From contig JAEOUA010000011.1 of assembly GCA_016839555.1 (NCBI GenBank), positions 192,001 to 256,000 on the forward strand: 64,000 bases of DNA, given 5' to 3'. The notes under the pieces are model-generated. The model worked only from the letters and a program-made list of their open reading frames with translations. It had not been told where the DNA came from and made no database searches. This DNA is from Promethearchaeota archaeon. Lineage in GTDB: Archaea; Asgardarchaeota; Lokiarchaeia; Sigyniarchaeales; SOKP01. Below are positions 1 through 10,051 of this stretch, in pieces (the first letter of the stretch is position 1; the number at the start of each line of letters is the position of its first letter). Made by a program: the position numbers and the translations under genes.

Positions 1-86
1 AAAATAAAAATTTTTCAATTAAGATTAATTAAAATCCCTAATAATACATCTGGTTTAATAAATAATTAACAAAATTAAATGTAAAA

Positions 87-1448
87 ATGGATTTAACCAA
101 AATTATATCTGGGATTAATTCAAAAAAATTAATTATTTCGGTATTTGGCTTAGGTAGGATTGGGTTACCTACAGCATTAATGTTTACAAGAGCGGGATAC
201 AATGTTATAGGAGTTGATATTGATAAAGATTTATTAAATGATTTGAAAAAGAAAAAAACTTTCATAGACGAACCAGGATTGCTAGATTTATTAAATAAAG
301 CGATTCAAAAGAATTTAATAGAATTCAGTTCAGATTTTGAATATGCTGTAAAGAAGGCTAATATATTGATTATCTGCGTACCCACTCCTATTAGTGAAAA
401 TAAAGTACCTGATTATAGCGCCATTAAAGATATTTCCGATAAAATTGGAAATTCTCTTACTCAAGGGCAAATAATAATATGTGAAAGTTCGGTTAGTCCA
501 ACTACAATTAGAGATTTAATTATACCTATAATTGAAAAGAAGAGTGAGTTAAAGTTAAATAAGGATTTCGGAGTGTGTTCATGCCCAGAAAGAGCTGATC
601 CAGGGAAAATTGTCGATAATTTTGATAAAGTTACACGAATAGTTGGGGGCTCTTCTTATAAAATCGGTAAAGTTATTATAGAATTATATGAATCAATCAC
701 CAATGCAAATATAATTCAACTTAGCACTCCTGGTACTGCTAATGCTGTGAAATTAACGGAAAATATTTTTAGAGATGTAAATATAGCTTTAATTAATGAA
801 TTGGCTGTTTTATATGAAAAATTAGGAATAGATGTTAAAGAAGTGATTAAAGGAGCATCCACAAAATATAATTTCCAGCCACATTATCCAGGACCGGGTG
901 TTGGCGGTCCTTGTCTCCCTGCAAATCCGTATTATATTATCCAAGACGCAGATAAAATGGATTATATACCCTTTCTTATTCGCGTAGCTCGTGAAGTGAA
1001 TGATCGTATGCCAGCTTATACCTTAGATTTAATAACAGACGCTCTTAACTATGTAGGAAAAAGTGTTAAAGGAACTCGGATAACCGTTTTGGGGCTTTCA
1101 TATAAAGCAGATATTAAGGATATTCAAATTTCTCCATCTCTAAAGGTCGCACATTTATTGAAGGAAAAGAATGCTTCTATTCAAGTATGGGACCCATATT
1201 ATAAAGGTAAAATTATTAAAGATATAAAAATTTTAGATTCATTTCAAGAAGCCTTAAAGGAAACTGAATGTATTGTTCTCCTAACAGATCATAAAGAATT
1301 TAGGGACATCAATTTTCAACACATTATGAAAATCAAAAATGAAGATAGTCCCTTAGTGTTAGTGGATAGTAGGAACATTTATGATCCAGATAATCTCCCT
1401 AAGGGAATAGTCTATTGTGGAATTGGGCGAAAGATACTAGAAACCTAA
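87..1448 (+). CDS. Nucleotide-sugar dehydrogenase (UDP-ManNAc/UDP-GlcNAc 6-dehydrogenase, WecC/WbpA family)
   Basis: Rossmann GLGRIG, ICVPTP, CPER, KLTENIFRDVNIAL, catalytic GPGVGGPCL, GLSYK. Confidence 0.92.
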   Translation: MDLTKIISGINSKKLIISVFGLGRIGLPTALMFTRAGYNVIGVDIDKDLLNDLKKKKTFIDEPGLLDLLNKAIQKNLIEFSSDFEYAVKKANILIICVPTPISENKVPDYSAIKDISDKIGNSLTQGQIIICESSVSPTTIRDLIIPIIEKKSELKLNKDFGVCSCPERADPGKIVDNFDKVTRIVGGSSYKIGKVIIELYESITNANIIQLSTPGTANAVKLTENIFRDVNIALINELAVLYEKLGIDVKEVIKGASTKYNFQPHYPGPGVGGPCLPANPYYIIQDADKMDYIPFLIRVAREVNDRMPAYTLDLITDALNYVGKSVKGTRITVLGLSYKADIKDIQISPSLKVAHLLKEKNASIQVWDPYYKGKIIKDIKILDSFQEALKETECIVLLTDHKEFRDINFQHIMKIKNEDSPLVLVDSRNIYDPDNLPKGIVYCGIGRKILET

Positions 1449-1589
1449 TTTTTTATTTTTTAAAAGTTAAACCTTCATAGAATTCAAATAAAGTTTTTTA
1501 ATAAGAGATTTTTTCTAAAATTATTTCAAGAAATAAAAATTTAAATGGTTTAGGAAAAAAATAATAAGTTTTTTATATAAAATACTAAA

Positions 1590-2972
1590 ATGATGACCGA
1601 GCAAAAAAAGAAGATAGTTGTAATTGGGATGGGCTATGTTGGAATACCGATGGCAGCCCTTTTAGCGGATGTGCCAAACTTTTATGTGATAGGGATTCAG
1701 AGAAAATCTGAGAGAAGCGGATGGAAAATTGATTGGTTAAATGCTGGAAAAAATCCGTTTAAAGGAGAGGAACCTGGTTTAGATGAATTAATCGAAAAAG
1801 TGGTTCGTAATAAAAAATTTCATGTCACTGATAAATATGATAATTTAGATGATGCAGAATATGTTCTTATTGATGTGCAAACACCCATTGATTTATATAC
1901 AAAGGTCCCTCGATATGAATCACTTATCGAAGTGTCCGAAAAAACGGCTAGACATATGAAGAAAGGAGTTACAATTATTATTGAATCCACAGTAGCTCCT
2001 GGCACAACGGATAATATTATTCAACCTCTTTTAGAGGATGTAAGTGGATTAAAACGGAAAAAGGATTTTTATCTTGTCTTTTCTTTTGAAAGAGTGATGC
2101 CGGGCAAATTAATCGAATATATTACAGATTTTCCACGCGTTATTGGAGGAGGCTGCTATGAAGCAAACCAAAAAGCAAAATATCTTTATGGAAAAGTGGT
2201 TAAAAAAGAACTACAAGTGACAGATACACTCACCGCAGAATTAACTAAATGTATTGAAAACTCTTACAGAGATGTAAATATCGCATTTGCTAATGAGATG
2301 GCACTTTTATGCGAAGATTTTAATCGAGATATTTATAAGATTATAGAATTGATAAATTATCGCCATGATAGAATGATGCATTATCCCGGTTCTGGGGTTG
2401 GTGGCCATTGTTTAACTAAAGACCCCTATTTACTTTTATATGGACATGAAGCTTACTCTGAAAAAAATTATAAATCTCATATTAAACTTGTTCCTTTTAG
2501 TAGAGAACTTAACGATTTTATGCCAGTCCATATGGTAAGTTTGATGGAAGAAGCCTTGCAAGAAGCCAGAAAATTAGTCGATAATATCAAGGTAACCTTA
2601 ATGGGAGTCTCATATAAAGCCAATACAGATGATACCAGAAACACTCCCGCACAAGGTATCATAGAAACTTTGATGAAGAGATATCATTCCCATAATATTG
2701 TCTATATAGCTCATGATCCTTATGTAAAAGAAAGAGATTATGATCTTACGGTATTAACAGATGATTTTAATAAAGCTGTGGAGAATTCAGATGTTTTACT
2801 TTTTGCAACAAATCATAAACAATATTATAATATTGATTTAGACGCTTTAAAAGAAGCTATGAGAACACCGATAATTATAGATGGTCGAAATATTTTTAAT
2901 AAGAACTTAGTTGAGGAAAAAGGATTTATATATAGAAAGGTGGGAGAAGGCCCAAAAAATCATAGTTTTTAG
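1590..2972 (+). CDS. Nucleotide-sugar dehydrogenase (WecC/WbpA family), second paralogue
   Basis: GMGYVG, VQTP, ESTVAPGTT, ERVMPG, ENSYRDVNIAFANE, GVGGHCL. Confidence 0.92.
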   Translation: MMTEQKKKIVVIGMGYVGIPMAALLADVPNFYVIGIQRKSERSGWKIDWLNAGKNPFKGEEPGLDELIEKVVRNKKFHVTDKYDNLDDAEYVLIDVQTPIDLYTKVPRYESLIEVSEKTARHMKKGVTIIIESTVAPGTTDNIIQPLLEDVSGLKRKKDFYLVFSFERVMPGKLIEYITDFPRVIGGGCYEANQKAKYLYGKVVKKELQVTDTLTAELTKCIENSYRDVNIAFANEMALLCEDFNRDIYKIIELINYRHDRMMHYPGSGVGGHCLTKDPYLLLYGHEAYSEKNYKSHIKLVPFSRELNDFMPVHMVSLMEEALQEARKLVDNIKVTLMGVSYKANTDDTRNTPAQGIIETLMKRYHSHNIVYIAHDPYVKERDYDLTVLTDDFNKAVENSDVLLFATNHKQYYNIDLDALKEAMRTPIIIDGRNIFNKNLVEEKGFIYRKVGEGPKNHSF

Positions 2973-3057
2973 GTTTAGGATTTATGAATAGATATTCAAA
3001 AAAACTTTTATTTGAAGAAAAACTATAAAAACTATAAAAATAAGGAAAGTGATTCTT

Positions 3058-3462
3058 ATGAAAATCGCAATCAGTACGGATAATGGTCGTGTATGTGCGC
3101 ACTTCGGCAGAGCGCCGGCATTCACATTTGTCACCATTGAAAATAATGAAGTTGTTGACAAGGAAGTGCTTCCAAATCCTGGACATACCGTCGGTAATAT
3201 TCCAGAATTTGTACATAGAAATAAAGCCACATATATGATTGCTGGAGGAATGGGGGGAAGAGCAGTAAGTTTTTTTAATAAATATGGCATAGAGGTTATA
3301 GTTGGTGTTCAAGGCACCATTGATGAAGTAATTCAAAAGATCATTGATGGTACTTTAGAAGGGGGAGAGAGTCTCTGCGCACCAGGTGGGGGAAAGGGAT
3401 ATGGTGTAGATAAGATCCATACAGAAGCAGATGATGAATATCATCACCATCACCAACAATAA
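3058..3462 (+). CDS. NifB/NifX-family (MTH1175-like) metal-cluster binding protein with His-rich tail
   Basis: MKIAIST...HFGRAPAF...GGMG; C-terminal EYHHHHQQ; ATG at 3058 preferred over GTG at 3049. Confidence 0.85.
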   Translation: MKIAISTDNGRVCAHFGRAPAFTFVTIENNEVVDKEVLPNPGHTVGNIPEFVHRNKATYMIAGGMGGRAVSFFNKYGIEVIVGVQGTIDEVIQKIIDGTLEGGESLCAPGGGKGYGVDKIHTEADDEYHHHHQQ

Positions 3463-3622
3463 AAATTTTTTGTTTAAATTCTTTTATTTTTGAAATATTT
3501 TAATATTTAGAAAAATTTAATTTGTTCAAATTGCTATTTCTGAATAATTGCTTTTGAATTGTAAAAAAACGGGATTATACTTTTTAAAAGAATATTATTC
3601 CGTATTAATTCTACAAATAAAT

Positions 3623-3976
3623 ATGTTGGGAATAAAAGATCTTAAAGAAGAACTTACTGAAATGAATGCTGAAATGAAGGCGGTGCGCGAACAATTAGAA
3701 AAACTTTCAGAGCAAGTGGGCTCGGTTAGTGAGCATATAACTTCCTCCATGGATAAAATATCAAATACATTAGAAGAAACTAATGAAACTATCAGAAATT
3801 CTTTAAACTTAACCTCAGAAACTATCAATAACATGAGTATTAATTTTTCTAAGGCGCTTGAAAATGCACTGGAGAAAATGGCTAATTTCAAAGTCCAAAT
3901 GGACATTAGAGAAACGGTATTAAAATCTTTAGGACTAAAAGATATTATACCTCATTTTCTCAAAAAAGATAAGTAA
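3623..3976 (+). CDS. Hypothetical amphipathic/coiled-coil protein
   Basis: ORF 3548..3976; first ATG at 3623; long helical S/T/N/E-rich sequence with periodic hydrophobic residues. Confidence 0.65.
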   Translation: MLGIKDLKEELTEMNAEMKAVREQLEKLSEQVGSVSEHITSSMDKISNTLEETNETIRNSLNLTSETINNMSINFSKALENALEKMANFKVQMDIRETVLKSLGLKDIIPHFLKKDK

Positions 3977-4047
3977 GTCTTAAATTATTTGTATTTTTTG
4001 AAAATTCTTCAACAAAAAATTGAAACTTCTTAATTAAAATTGATATT

Positions 4048-4950
4048 TTATTTAAGTAAATTTATCAAGAGTGCTTTTTGTAAATGCAATCTATTTTCTG
4101 CTTGCTGGAACACAATAGATCGTTCAGAATCTAAGACTTGATCGGTTATTTCTATTCCACGATGAGCAGGAAGACAATGCATAATATACGGCATTTTTTT
4201 TGCATAACTTAAAAGCTTATTATTTATTTGATATGGTTTAAATACTTTTAATCTCTTTTTCGTTTCGTTTTCTTGCCCCATAGACACAAAGGTATCGGTA
4301 TAAACAATATCTGCTTCTTTTACAACTTCCTTGGGGTCATTTTTCAATGTTAATAAATGTTCTTTATTATTTTTTTTAACCCAATTGAGTACGTCTTTAT
4401 GGGGCTCATAGCCGGACGGTGTTGCAACACAAATAGGAAGTTCTACTTTCATACATCCTAAAATCAAGGAATTACATATATTATTGCCATCACCTACATA
4501 AGAGAGCGAAACACCGTCAAAAGTTCCAAATATTTCTCGAATTGTCATTAAATCAGAAAGAATTTGACAAGGATGATATTTATCTGAAAGACCATTAATA
4601 ACTGGAATATTTGCTGCTTTTCTCATAACTTCAAGAATTTTATGCTCATATACTCTCGCAACTATTAGATCGACATAGAAAGAGATACATTTTATCTCAT
4701 CGGGTAAGGCTCCAAGATGCAAATTGGTAGTAGTCCAATCCAAGTAGAGTGATGTTCCGCCTAATTGATATATCCCACTCTGAAATGAAATTCTTGTTCG
4801 AGTTGAAGTTTTCTGAAATAATAAGCCAATAATTTTGCGACGTAATTTTGATGAATAATCTTCTGGATTCTTTTTAATATTAAGAGCTAAGTTTAGTAGG
4901 TTATATATTTCATCTGTATTTAGATTTTTTATAGATAAAAGATCTCTCAT
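4048..4950 (-). CDS. argF: Ornithine carbamoyltransferase
   Basis: STRT carbamoyl-phosphate motif, HPCQ, SMG, HCLP, QAENR. Confidence 0.96.
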   Translation of the reverse strand: MRDLLSIKNLNTDEIYNLLNLALNIKKNPEDYSSKLRRKIIGLLFQKTSTRTRISFQSGIYQLGGTSLYLDWTTTNLHLGALPDEIKCISFYVDLIVARVYEHKILEVMRKAANIPVINGLSDKYHPCQILSDLMTIREIFGTFDGVSLSYVGDGNNICNSLILGCMKVELPICVATPSGYEPHKDVLNWVKKNNKEHLLTLKNDPKEVVKEADIVYTDTFVSMGQENETKKRLKVFKPYQINNKLLSYAKKMPYIMHCLPAHRGIEITDQVLDSERSIVFQQAENRLHLQKALLINLLK

Positions 4951-5012
4951 AATAATTAGTTTCTTTTATTAAATTGCTTTTATACATTAGGTTTATCTAA
5001 TAAAATCCTCTT

Positions 5013-5219
5013 CTATAAATTTTTTGCTTGAGTTGCTTTCTCTTGATATTTTTTTAATATAAAATATAAAATAACGAGTGAAATACTATATATAATCAAA
5101 ATTATTATCCAGAAAATTAGTTCATCCTTATTTTCATTTAAAACAGCCATTATAATTTTATAAATAAAATAGATACAAAATAAAGATAATAAGGTAATTT
5201 TATTTCCAATATTTTTCAT
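5013..5219 (-). CDS. Small two-TM membrane protein
   Basis: 68 aa, two hydrophobic segments with basic termini. Confidence 0.55.
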   Translation of the reverse strand: MKNIGNKITLLSLFCIYFIYKIIMAVLNENKDELIFWIIILIIYSISLVILYFILKKYQEKATQAKNL

Positions 5220-5290
5220 TGCTTTTTATGAAATTATTTTTATGAAATTATTATTATATATAATATTAAATATTAAATTCAATTAAAATT

Positions 5291-5491
5291 ATGATAAACA
5301 AATGTTATATTTGCAAAAAAGAACTCTCTAAAAAAGAACTCTCCTCTACCCACTATTGCCTCTGCGATGCGACAATTTGTAGCGATTGTATTGAAACAGT
5401 AATGATTAATGAGAATTATTGGAAATGCCCAAAATGCGGTGAAAAAAATAATATTGGAAAAACTAAATTATTCAGAGAGAAAAAAGAATAA
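5291..5491 (+). CDS. Stand-alone C4C4 RING-finger protein (NOT4-like spacing)
   Basis: C-x2-C-x14-C-x-C-x4-C-x2-C-x12-C-x2-C (CYIC...CLC DATI CSDC...CPKC). Confidence 0.75.
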   Translation: MINKCYICKKELSKKELSSTHYCLCDATICSDCIETVMINENYWKCPKCGEKNNIGKTKLFREKKE

Positions 5492-5535
5492 AATTCATGA
5501 TCACTTCGCTTAATTAGAGATTAATAATTGAAGAG

Positions 5536-5603
5536 TTGCCAATGATGAAAACACTACGGAAATGATCTTAAAATGATCTAACAATTGAGGAAGTCTGAGG
5601 CGA
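5536..5603 (+). ncRNA. Box C/D guide sRNA candidate
   Basis: Box C ATGATGA 5542-5548, D' ATGA 5562-5565, C' ATGATCT 5573-5579, box D CTGA 5595-5598; terminal stem TTGCC/GGCGA; 13- and 15-nt guide spacers; intergenic. Confidence 0.75.
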
Positions 5604-5763
5604 TAATCTTTTAATAAAGGAAGTTTTAAAACTTTATTAGGAGTTTTTGTCATTACGATTATAATAAATTATGTAAAATCAAAATTGTTTTTAAGAAAAA
5701 GTTAAAATCTAATGAAATAAATTCTTATATAATTAAAAAAGAGAATAATTGAATTGATGATAT

Positions 5764-6237
5764 GTGTCTTCAAATTTAATTTCTAAAGTTGTTGAAATTA
5801 ATTGTCCCAAAGAGGAATTATTAAGAGCTATATATACTCCAGAAATTTGGGAGGAAATAAGTCCAGTTAAAAGGATTAGTATCGAATTTACTGCTCCAAA
5901 TGTATTTTATAGTGAAATCTATGATGAAGTTGATATAATTAAAATACCGATTGAGATGAGTGGCGAATTGGTCATGATCGATAAAGGAGAGGATCTTGAT
6001 AAAGGTAATTTGATAGAATTGAATGTAAGAAATAATAAGGATGTGGAAAAATTAGAAGCACGATTACGAATAAAATCACTTGGTCCGAATCTCTCAAAAG
6101 TGGGAGTGTTTATTCATACCTTTAAATTAACTAGTGATTTTCTAAATTTATTAGGGGGAGCAAGCGATTTAATTTTGAGAAATAAATTAGCAGCAATTTT
6201 AAGAAATCTTCAGAAGTATTATAAAAATCGAGTTTAA
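5764..6237 (+). CDS. SRPBCC/START-fold (CoxG-like) protein
   Basis: VEINCPKEELLRAIYTPEIWEEISP N-terminus, beta-rich core and long C-terminal helix. Confidence 0.55.
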   Translation: MSSNLISKVVEINCPKEELLRAIYTPEIWEEISPVKRISIEFTAPNVFYSEIYDEVDIIKIPIEMSGELVMIDKGEDLDKGNLIELNVRNNKDVEKLEARLRIKSLGPNLSKVGVFIHTFKLTSDFLNLLGGASDLILRNKLAAILRNLQKYYKNRV

Positions 6238-6270
6238 AAATTATTTAAAAAATAACTTATTAAGAAAAAG

Positions 6271-7104
6271 ATGAATATTTGGGTTTTAGATGCGGGTTCT
6301 GGTATAACATTAGTTTATCTACCCTTTCGGGAAATTCCTATTAACGAGGATCTTGTGAGCGGATTACTTACTGCATTAAATAAATTTACTGTATTTGAAT
6401 TTAAGCAAGGTATAGAATCAATCGAAATGGGAGGATTAAGATGGGTATATCTTGAGGATAAGGAATCAAATCTCCTATTTATTGCAGCTGATAATAAAGA
6501 AGTAAGTGCCGATATGTTAAAAGCACGATTAAATGTGATAAAGCAAACTTTTTTAAAAGAATATGTCGAAACTAATATATTTAAAAAAGATAAATGGGAT
6601 GGAAATACGGATCCTTTTGAACCTTTTAAACAAGTTATAGATGAATATTATCGCCAATGGAAAAAAGCAGAAAGTATTACGACAGTAGGGGAGTTTTTCG
6701 ATATATTAGGGATTTTTCAACAAGTATTAAATATAATTATGAATGGGATGCAAAATGTTATAAAAAGAGATAAAATATTAAGCAGAATTGCAAATATGTT
6801 ATTTATTATGAAAACTAATCCAGACTTTCAAAAGGAGTCGGAATTGCAGAAAATAACCTTTAGTATTGAAGATGGCTTTAATATAATTGATATAAATCCT
6901 AATAAATGCGATATGGTGACAGTTGAACGCCATCTTATTCAATTAGTTAAAAACTCTGTTCAAATTATAAAAAATGAATTAAGTAGAGAAGAATTTGTGT
7001 ATTACTTTTTAAAAGAATATTTATTTAATTACCTTCTTAATAATTTAAGTTTACTGAAAAAACTTAATCTTGATTCTTTCCTTCTCAAACTATTTTTGAC
7101 TTAA
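6271..7104 (+). CDS. Longin-domain protein
   Basis: IWVLD..SGITLV...EDLVSGLLTALNKF..E...IESIEMG...LLFIAAD...WDGNTDPF, the Asgard longin pattern. Confidence 0.75.
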   Translation: MNIWVLDAGSGITLVYLPFREIPINEDLVSGLLTALNKFTVFEFKQGIESIEMGGLRWVYLEDKESNLLFIAADNKEVSADMLKARLNVIKQTFLKEYVETNIFKKDKWDGNTDPFEPFKQVIDEYYRQWKKAESITTVGEFFDILGIFQQVLNIIMNGMQNVIKRDKILSRIANMLFIMKTNPDFQKESELQKITFSIEDGFNIIDINPNKCDMVTVERHLIQLVKNSVQIIKNELSREEFVYYFLKEYLFNYLLNNLSLLKKLNLDSFLLKLFLT

Positions 7105-7272
7105 TTATATATCTTTCTCTTAAAAGAAACTTTAAAAAACTATAATCAATAGCATTATAAAGAAAAGGACTAAAAAAAAGATAAACTCGTTATAAATAAT
7201 TTTTCTATAATTTCATCATAAGCTCATATTAAAACAAAATATTGATTTCAATTTTTTAATTATTAATTTTCT

Positions 7273-8214
7273 TCAAATTTTTTTTGTTGTTTTTTCATAA
7301 TTAATTATAAGAACAGCGATTAGAATGATAATTCCCCCCATTATATTCCAGATAACTATTATTTCATCTCGTTGGAGGAGGAAAGAAAAAAAGAGAGTCA
7401 AAAAAGGTTCAATATACAAAAAAGAGGCTACTTTAGAGGATTCCATATTTCTCTGAGAGCTCTGCCATATAAAATAACCAATAACATAACAACCAAGGCC
7501 CAAATATAAAGCACATAGGATTAGAATTAGATTTAAAAAATTATTTAGAAATCCTGATAATTCTCCAGTGAATAAGACAATTAAAAATAACTCAAGGGTT
7601 CCTAAATAACAGAGGTATTTTAACATCTCTAAACTAGACTTATTCTTAATTTGTTTTGTCATTGTGGAATAGATCCCCCAAAATAAAGGAGTAAGGAGCG
7701 CTAGAAAATAACCCAAAAAATTTGGTGAATTAGGAGCCAGAATTGTGACATCTCCACCCGTAACTAATAAAAATCCACCAATCGTAGCAATAATGAATCC
7801 AATTATTTTATATTTATTTAATTTTTCATCAAAAAAAATTAAGGCGAAAATTATAATTAAAACAGGAGATAAGAGACAGACAAATAGTGCTGGTAAAGAT
7901 GGCCCAATTAAATTTATCGCATTATATTGGGAAAAGAAAAAGAGCGAAATACCTGTAAAACTGGAAAAAATTATTAAGATCCATTCTCTTTTAGTATACT
8001 TTTTTTTATTTTGATTTGAATTTCGCTCACTATTCTTGTTATATCTTCGAATTTTCTTTAGAAAGTCTATTATTAAAAACGAGATAGAGGCAACTATGAA
8101 ACGATACAAGGCAACAGACATCGGAGAAATAAAATTTACTGCGATATCAACAATTATAAACGAAAAACTCCACAAAAAAATCATTACAAATAATAATATG
8201 TAAGAAATAATCAT
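7273..8214 (-). CDS. DMT/EamA family transporter
   Basis: About 10 TM segments in two EamA repeats; LWSFSF, RFIVAS, LSPV, YIEP. Confidence 0.9.
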   Translation of the reverse strand: MIISYILLFVMIFLWSFSFIIVDIAVNFISPMSVALYRFIVASISFLIIDFLKKIRRYNKNSERNSNQNKKKYTKREWILIIFSSFTGISLFFFSQYNAINLIGPSLPALFVCLLSPVLIIIFALIFFDEKLNKYKIIGFIIATIGGFLLVTGGDVTILAPNSPNFLGYFLALLTPLFWGIYSTMTKQIKNKSSLEMLKYLCYLGTLELFLIVLFTGELSGFLNNFLNLILILCALYLGLGCYVIGYFIWQSSQRNMESSKVASFLYIEPFLTLFFSFLLQRDEIIVIWNIMGGIIILIAVLIINYEKTTKKI

Positions 8215-8394
8215 GATCTAAATAATTACATTTTTAAAACCTTAAAAATCCATTATTTTTTCAGTTTATTACATATAAGTTAGAAATCTAATTATGATTC
8301 CCGAAAGATCTTAATTTACTCTGGAATTATTTACGTCGTAAAAATTCTTTATAGAAACTATTTTAACTTTAGTTCTGCTAACATTATTTAAGGT

Positions 8395-9780
8395 TTACGG
8401 CATTTGAATAAGAGTAAGGAATATTAGATATATTATTGAAAGTGTAAGATGAATTAATGCGAAGATAGCCCCATTTTTAAGAAGTCGCTTAAAATTGAGA
8501 TTTTCTACCCCTGAATCTCGGGCAATTTTGAGGGTCATCAGATCACATGCTGCCCCTTGGGGTAAAAAGTTTCCCCCTAAATTAATCCCGATGATAAAGG
8601 CAAAAAGAATAGGTGCTGCTACATAACCCGAATTTATGATTGTTTGAACAATAGGAATAAAGATGAGCGCTGTCGGGGTGTTAGCTACCGCTCCACTCAA
8701 TCCACTCACTATTAATAATATAATAATACCTAATAGGATGGGAGAAATACCCGCTTCTATAGAAAAAAGTTTTTGGAATCCGGCTTCTAATAAACATCCA
8801 ACAACAATATATAGAGAAAGAAAAAAGAAGATCACTTCCCATTCCACATCTTTTAGAAGATCACGTGTTGATTTTTTAGTAAATTTTTTATTGATAAGAA
8901 TAAGCAGCATTGCAGCAATAATCGCCGTTATATAAAGAAGAGGCAGGATTGCAAAGAGTAAAATCGTAATAAGAATTCCTATTAAATTAATATAAAACAT
9001 TTTTTTATTCTTTACTACAGTATCAGTATCTATTAGTTCAATAATAAATTTCTTTTGTTGATCTTCAATTTTAGGCTCTTTTTTCAAATAAAAATGATCT
9101 ATTAAATAAATTGTTAAGAAAAGTAGGGCGAATGAGAAAATCCAGAAATTTTCGATAAAATAAAGCGTATTCAAATTAAAAGCAGTTGAGATAATAATAT
9201 TTTCTCCACTTGAGAATGGTGTAATAATAGATCCAATATTAATACAAATAGTCATACCCATTAAATAGGTCCCCGACCGAATTTTTAGAAAGTGACAGAG
9301 CCTAATAACAACCGGGGCAATGATTAATACTACCACTACATCTGTTATTATCGCCGCAAGAAGTGTGGTAATAATACAGATAAAATAAAAAAACGTATGT
9401 TGATTTCCACCAGATAATTTAAAAAGTTTTACCGCAAAATATTCTAAAATATTTGATTCCTCTGCAATCTTAGTAATAATAGACATACTCAAAATAATTA
9501 AGATCGCTTCAAATTCAATATGGGAAATAAATGTTTCTATTCCCAATTGGAGTACCACACCTGTGATTAGAGCACATATAAACGCACATATTAGTGAAAT
9601 CGCAACAAAATCTAATTTTTCAAACGAATAACTTATAATAATTAAAACGAAGAAAATAAAGGACATTAGTAATATAGGGATATTTAATTCAGTTGGGGCT
9701 TCACCTAAAAATAATGTATTATATAAATTCTCTAATAATGTTTTTAATGGCTCAAGATTCATCGATAATAAAAGTTTCAC
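8395..9780 (-). CDS. ArsB/NhaD/SLC13 (P-protein-like) ion transporter
   Basis: Polytopic; NIGSIITPFSSGENIII, VEWEVIFFF, SGAVANTP, NLGGNFLPQGAAC. Confidence 0.85.
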   Translation of the reverse strand: MKLLLSMNLEPLKTLLENLYNTLFLGEAPTELNIPILLMSFIFFVLIIISYSFEKLDFVAISLICAFICALITGVVLQLGIETFISHIEFEAILIILSMSIITKIAEESNILEYFAVKLFKLSGGNQHTFFYFICIITTLLAAIITDVVVVLIIAPVVIRLCHFLKIRSGTYLMGMTICINIGSIITPFSSGENIIISTAFNLNTLYFIENFWIFSFALLFLTIYLIDHFYLKKEPKIEDQQKKFIIELIDTDTVVKNKKMFYINLIGILITILLFAILPLLYITAIIAAMLLILINKKFTKKSTRDLLKDVEWEVIFFFLSLYIVVGCLLEAGFQKLFSIEAGISPILLGIIILLIVSGLSGAVANTPTALIFIPIVQTIINSGYVAAPILFAFIIGINLGGNFLPQGAACDLMTLKIARDSGVENLNFKRLLKNGAIFALIHLTLSIIYLIFLTLIQMP

Positions 9781-10051
9781 GCTTAAATTTTTAGAATATT
9801 AAGAATATTAAATCTAAAACATTTTATAAACCTAATTAATTAGTATAATGGAGCTAAAGGTTTATTATAATATTTATGAAGTTGGGTTTTAATTGTATTT
9901 AATAAATATTTGACAAAAATTTGATAAGATCAATTAAATAGACTTAATTATTTTTCTTTATTCAATGTTTAAATTCCTAGATGCTAAGAAAATTTTAACC
10001 CACAAGAATTTAGTTTTTAAAAGGAATTTATCACATTCCTTAATAGAAAAT

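Noticed and set aside
38-3906. Short antisense ORFs (38..265, 1820..2005, 2477..2662, 2926..3336, 2982..3290, 3595..3906) and similar ones elsewhere in the window
   Set aside because: They lie opposite well-supported genes and have no motifs of their own.
5223-5252. Direct repeat TTTTATGAAATTA x2 between divergent genes
   Set aside because: Low-complexity AT sequence; a binding site cannot be distinguished from slippage.
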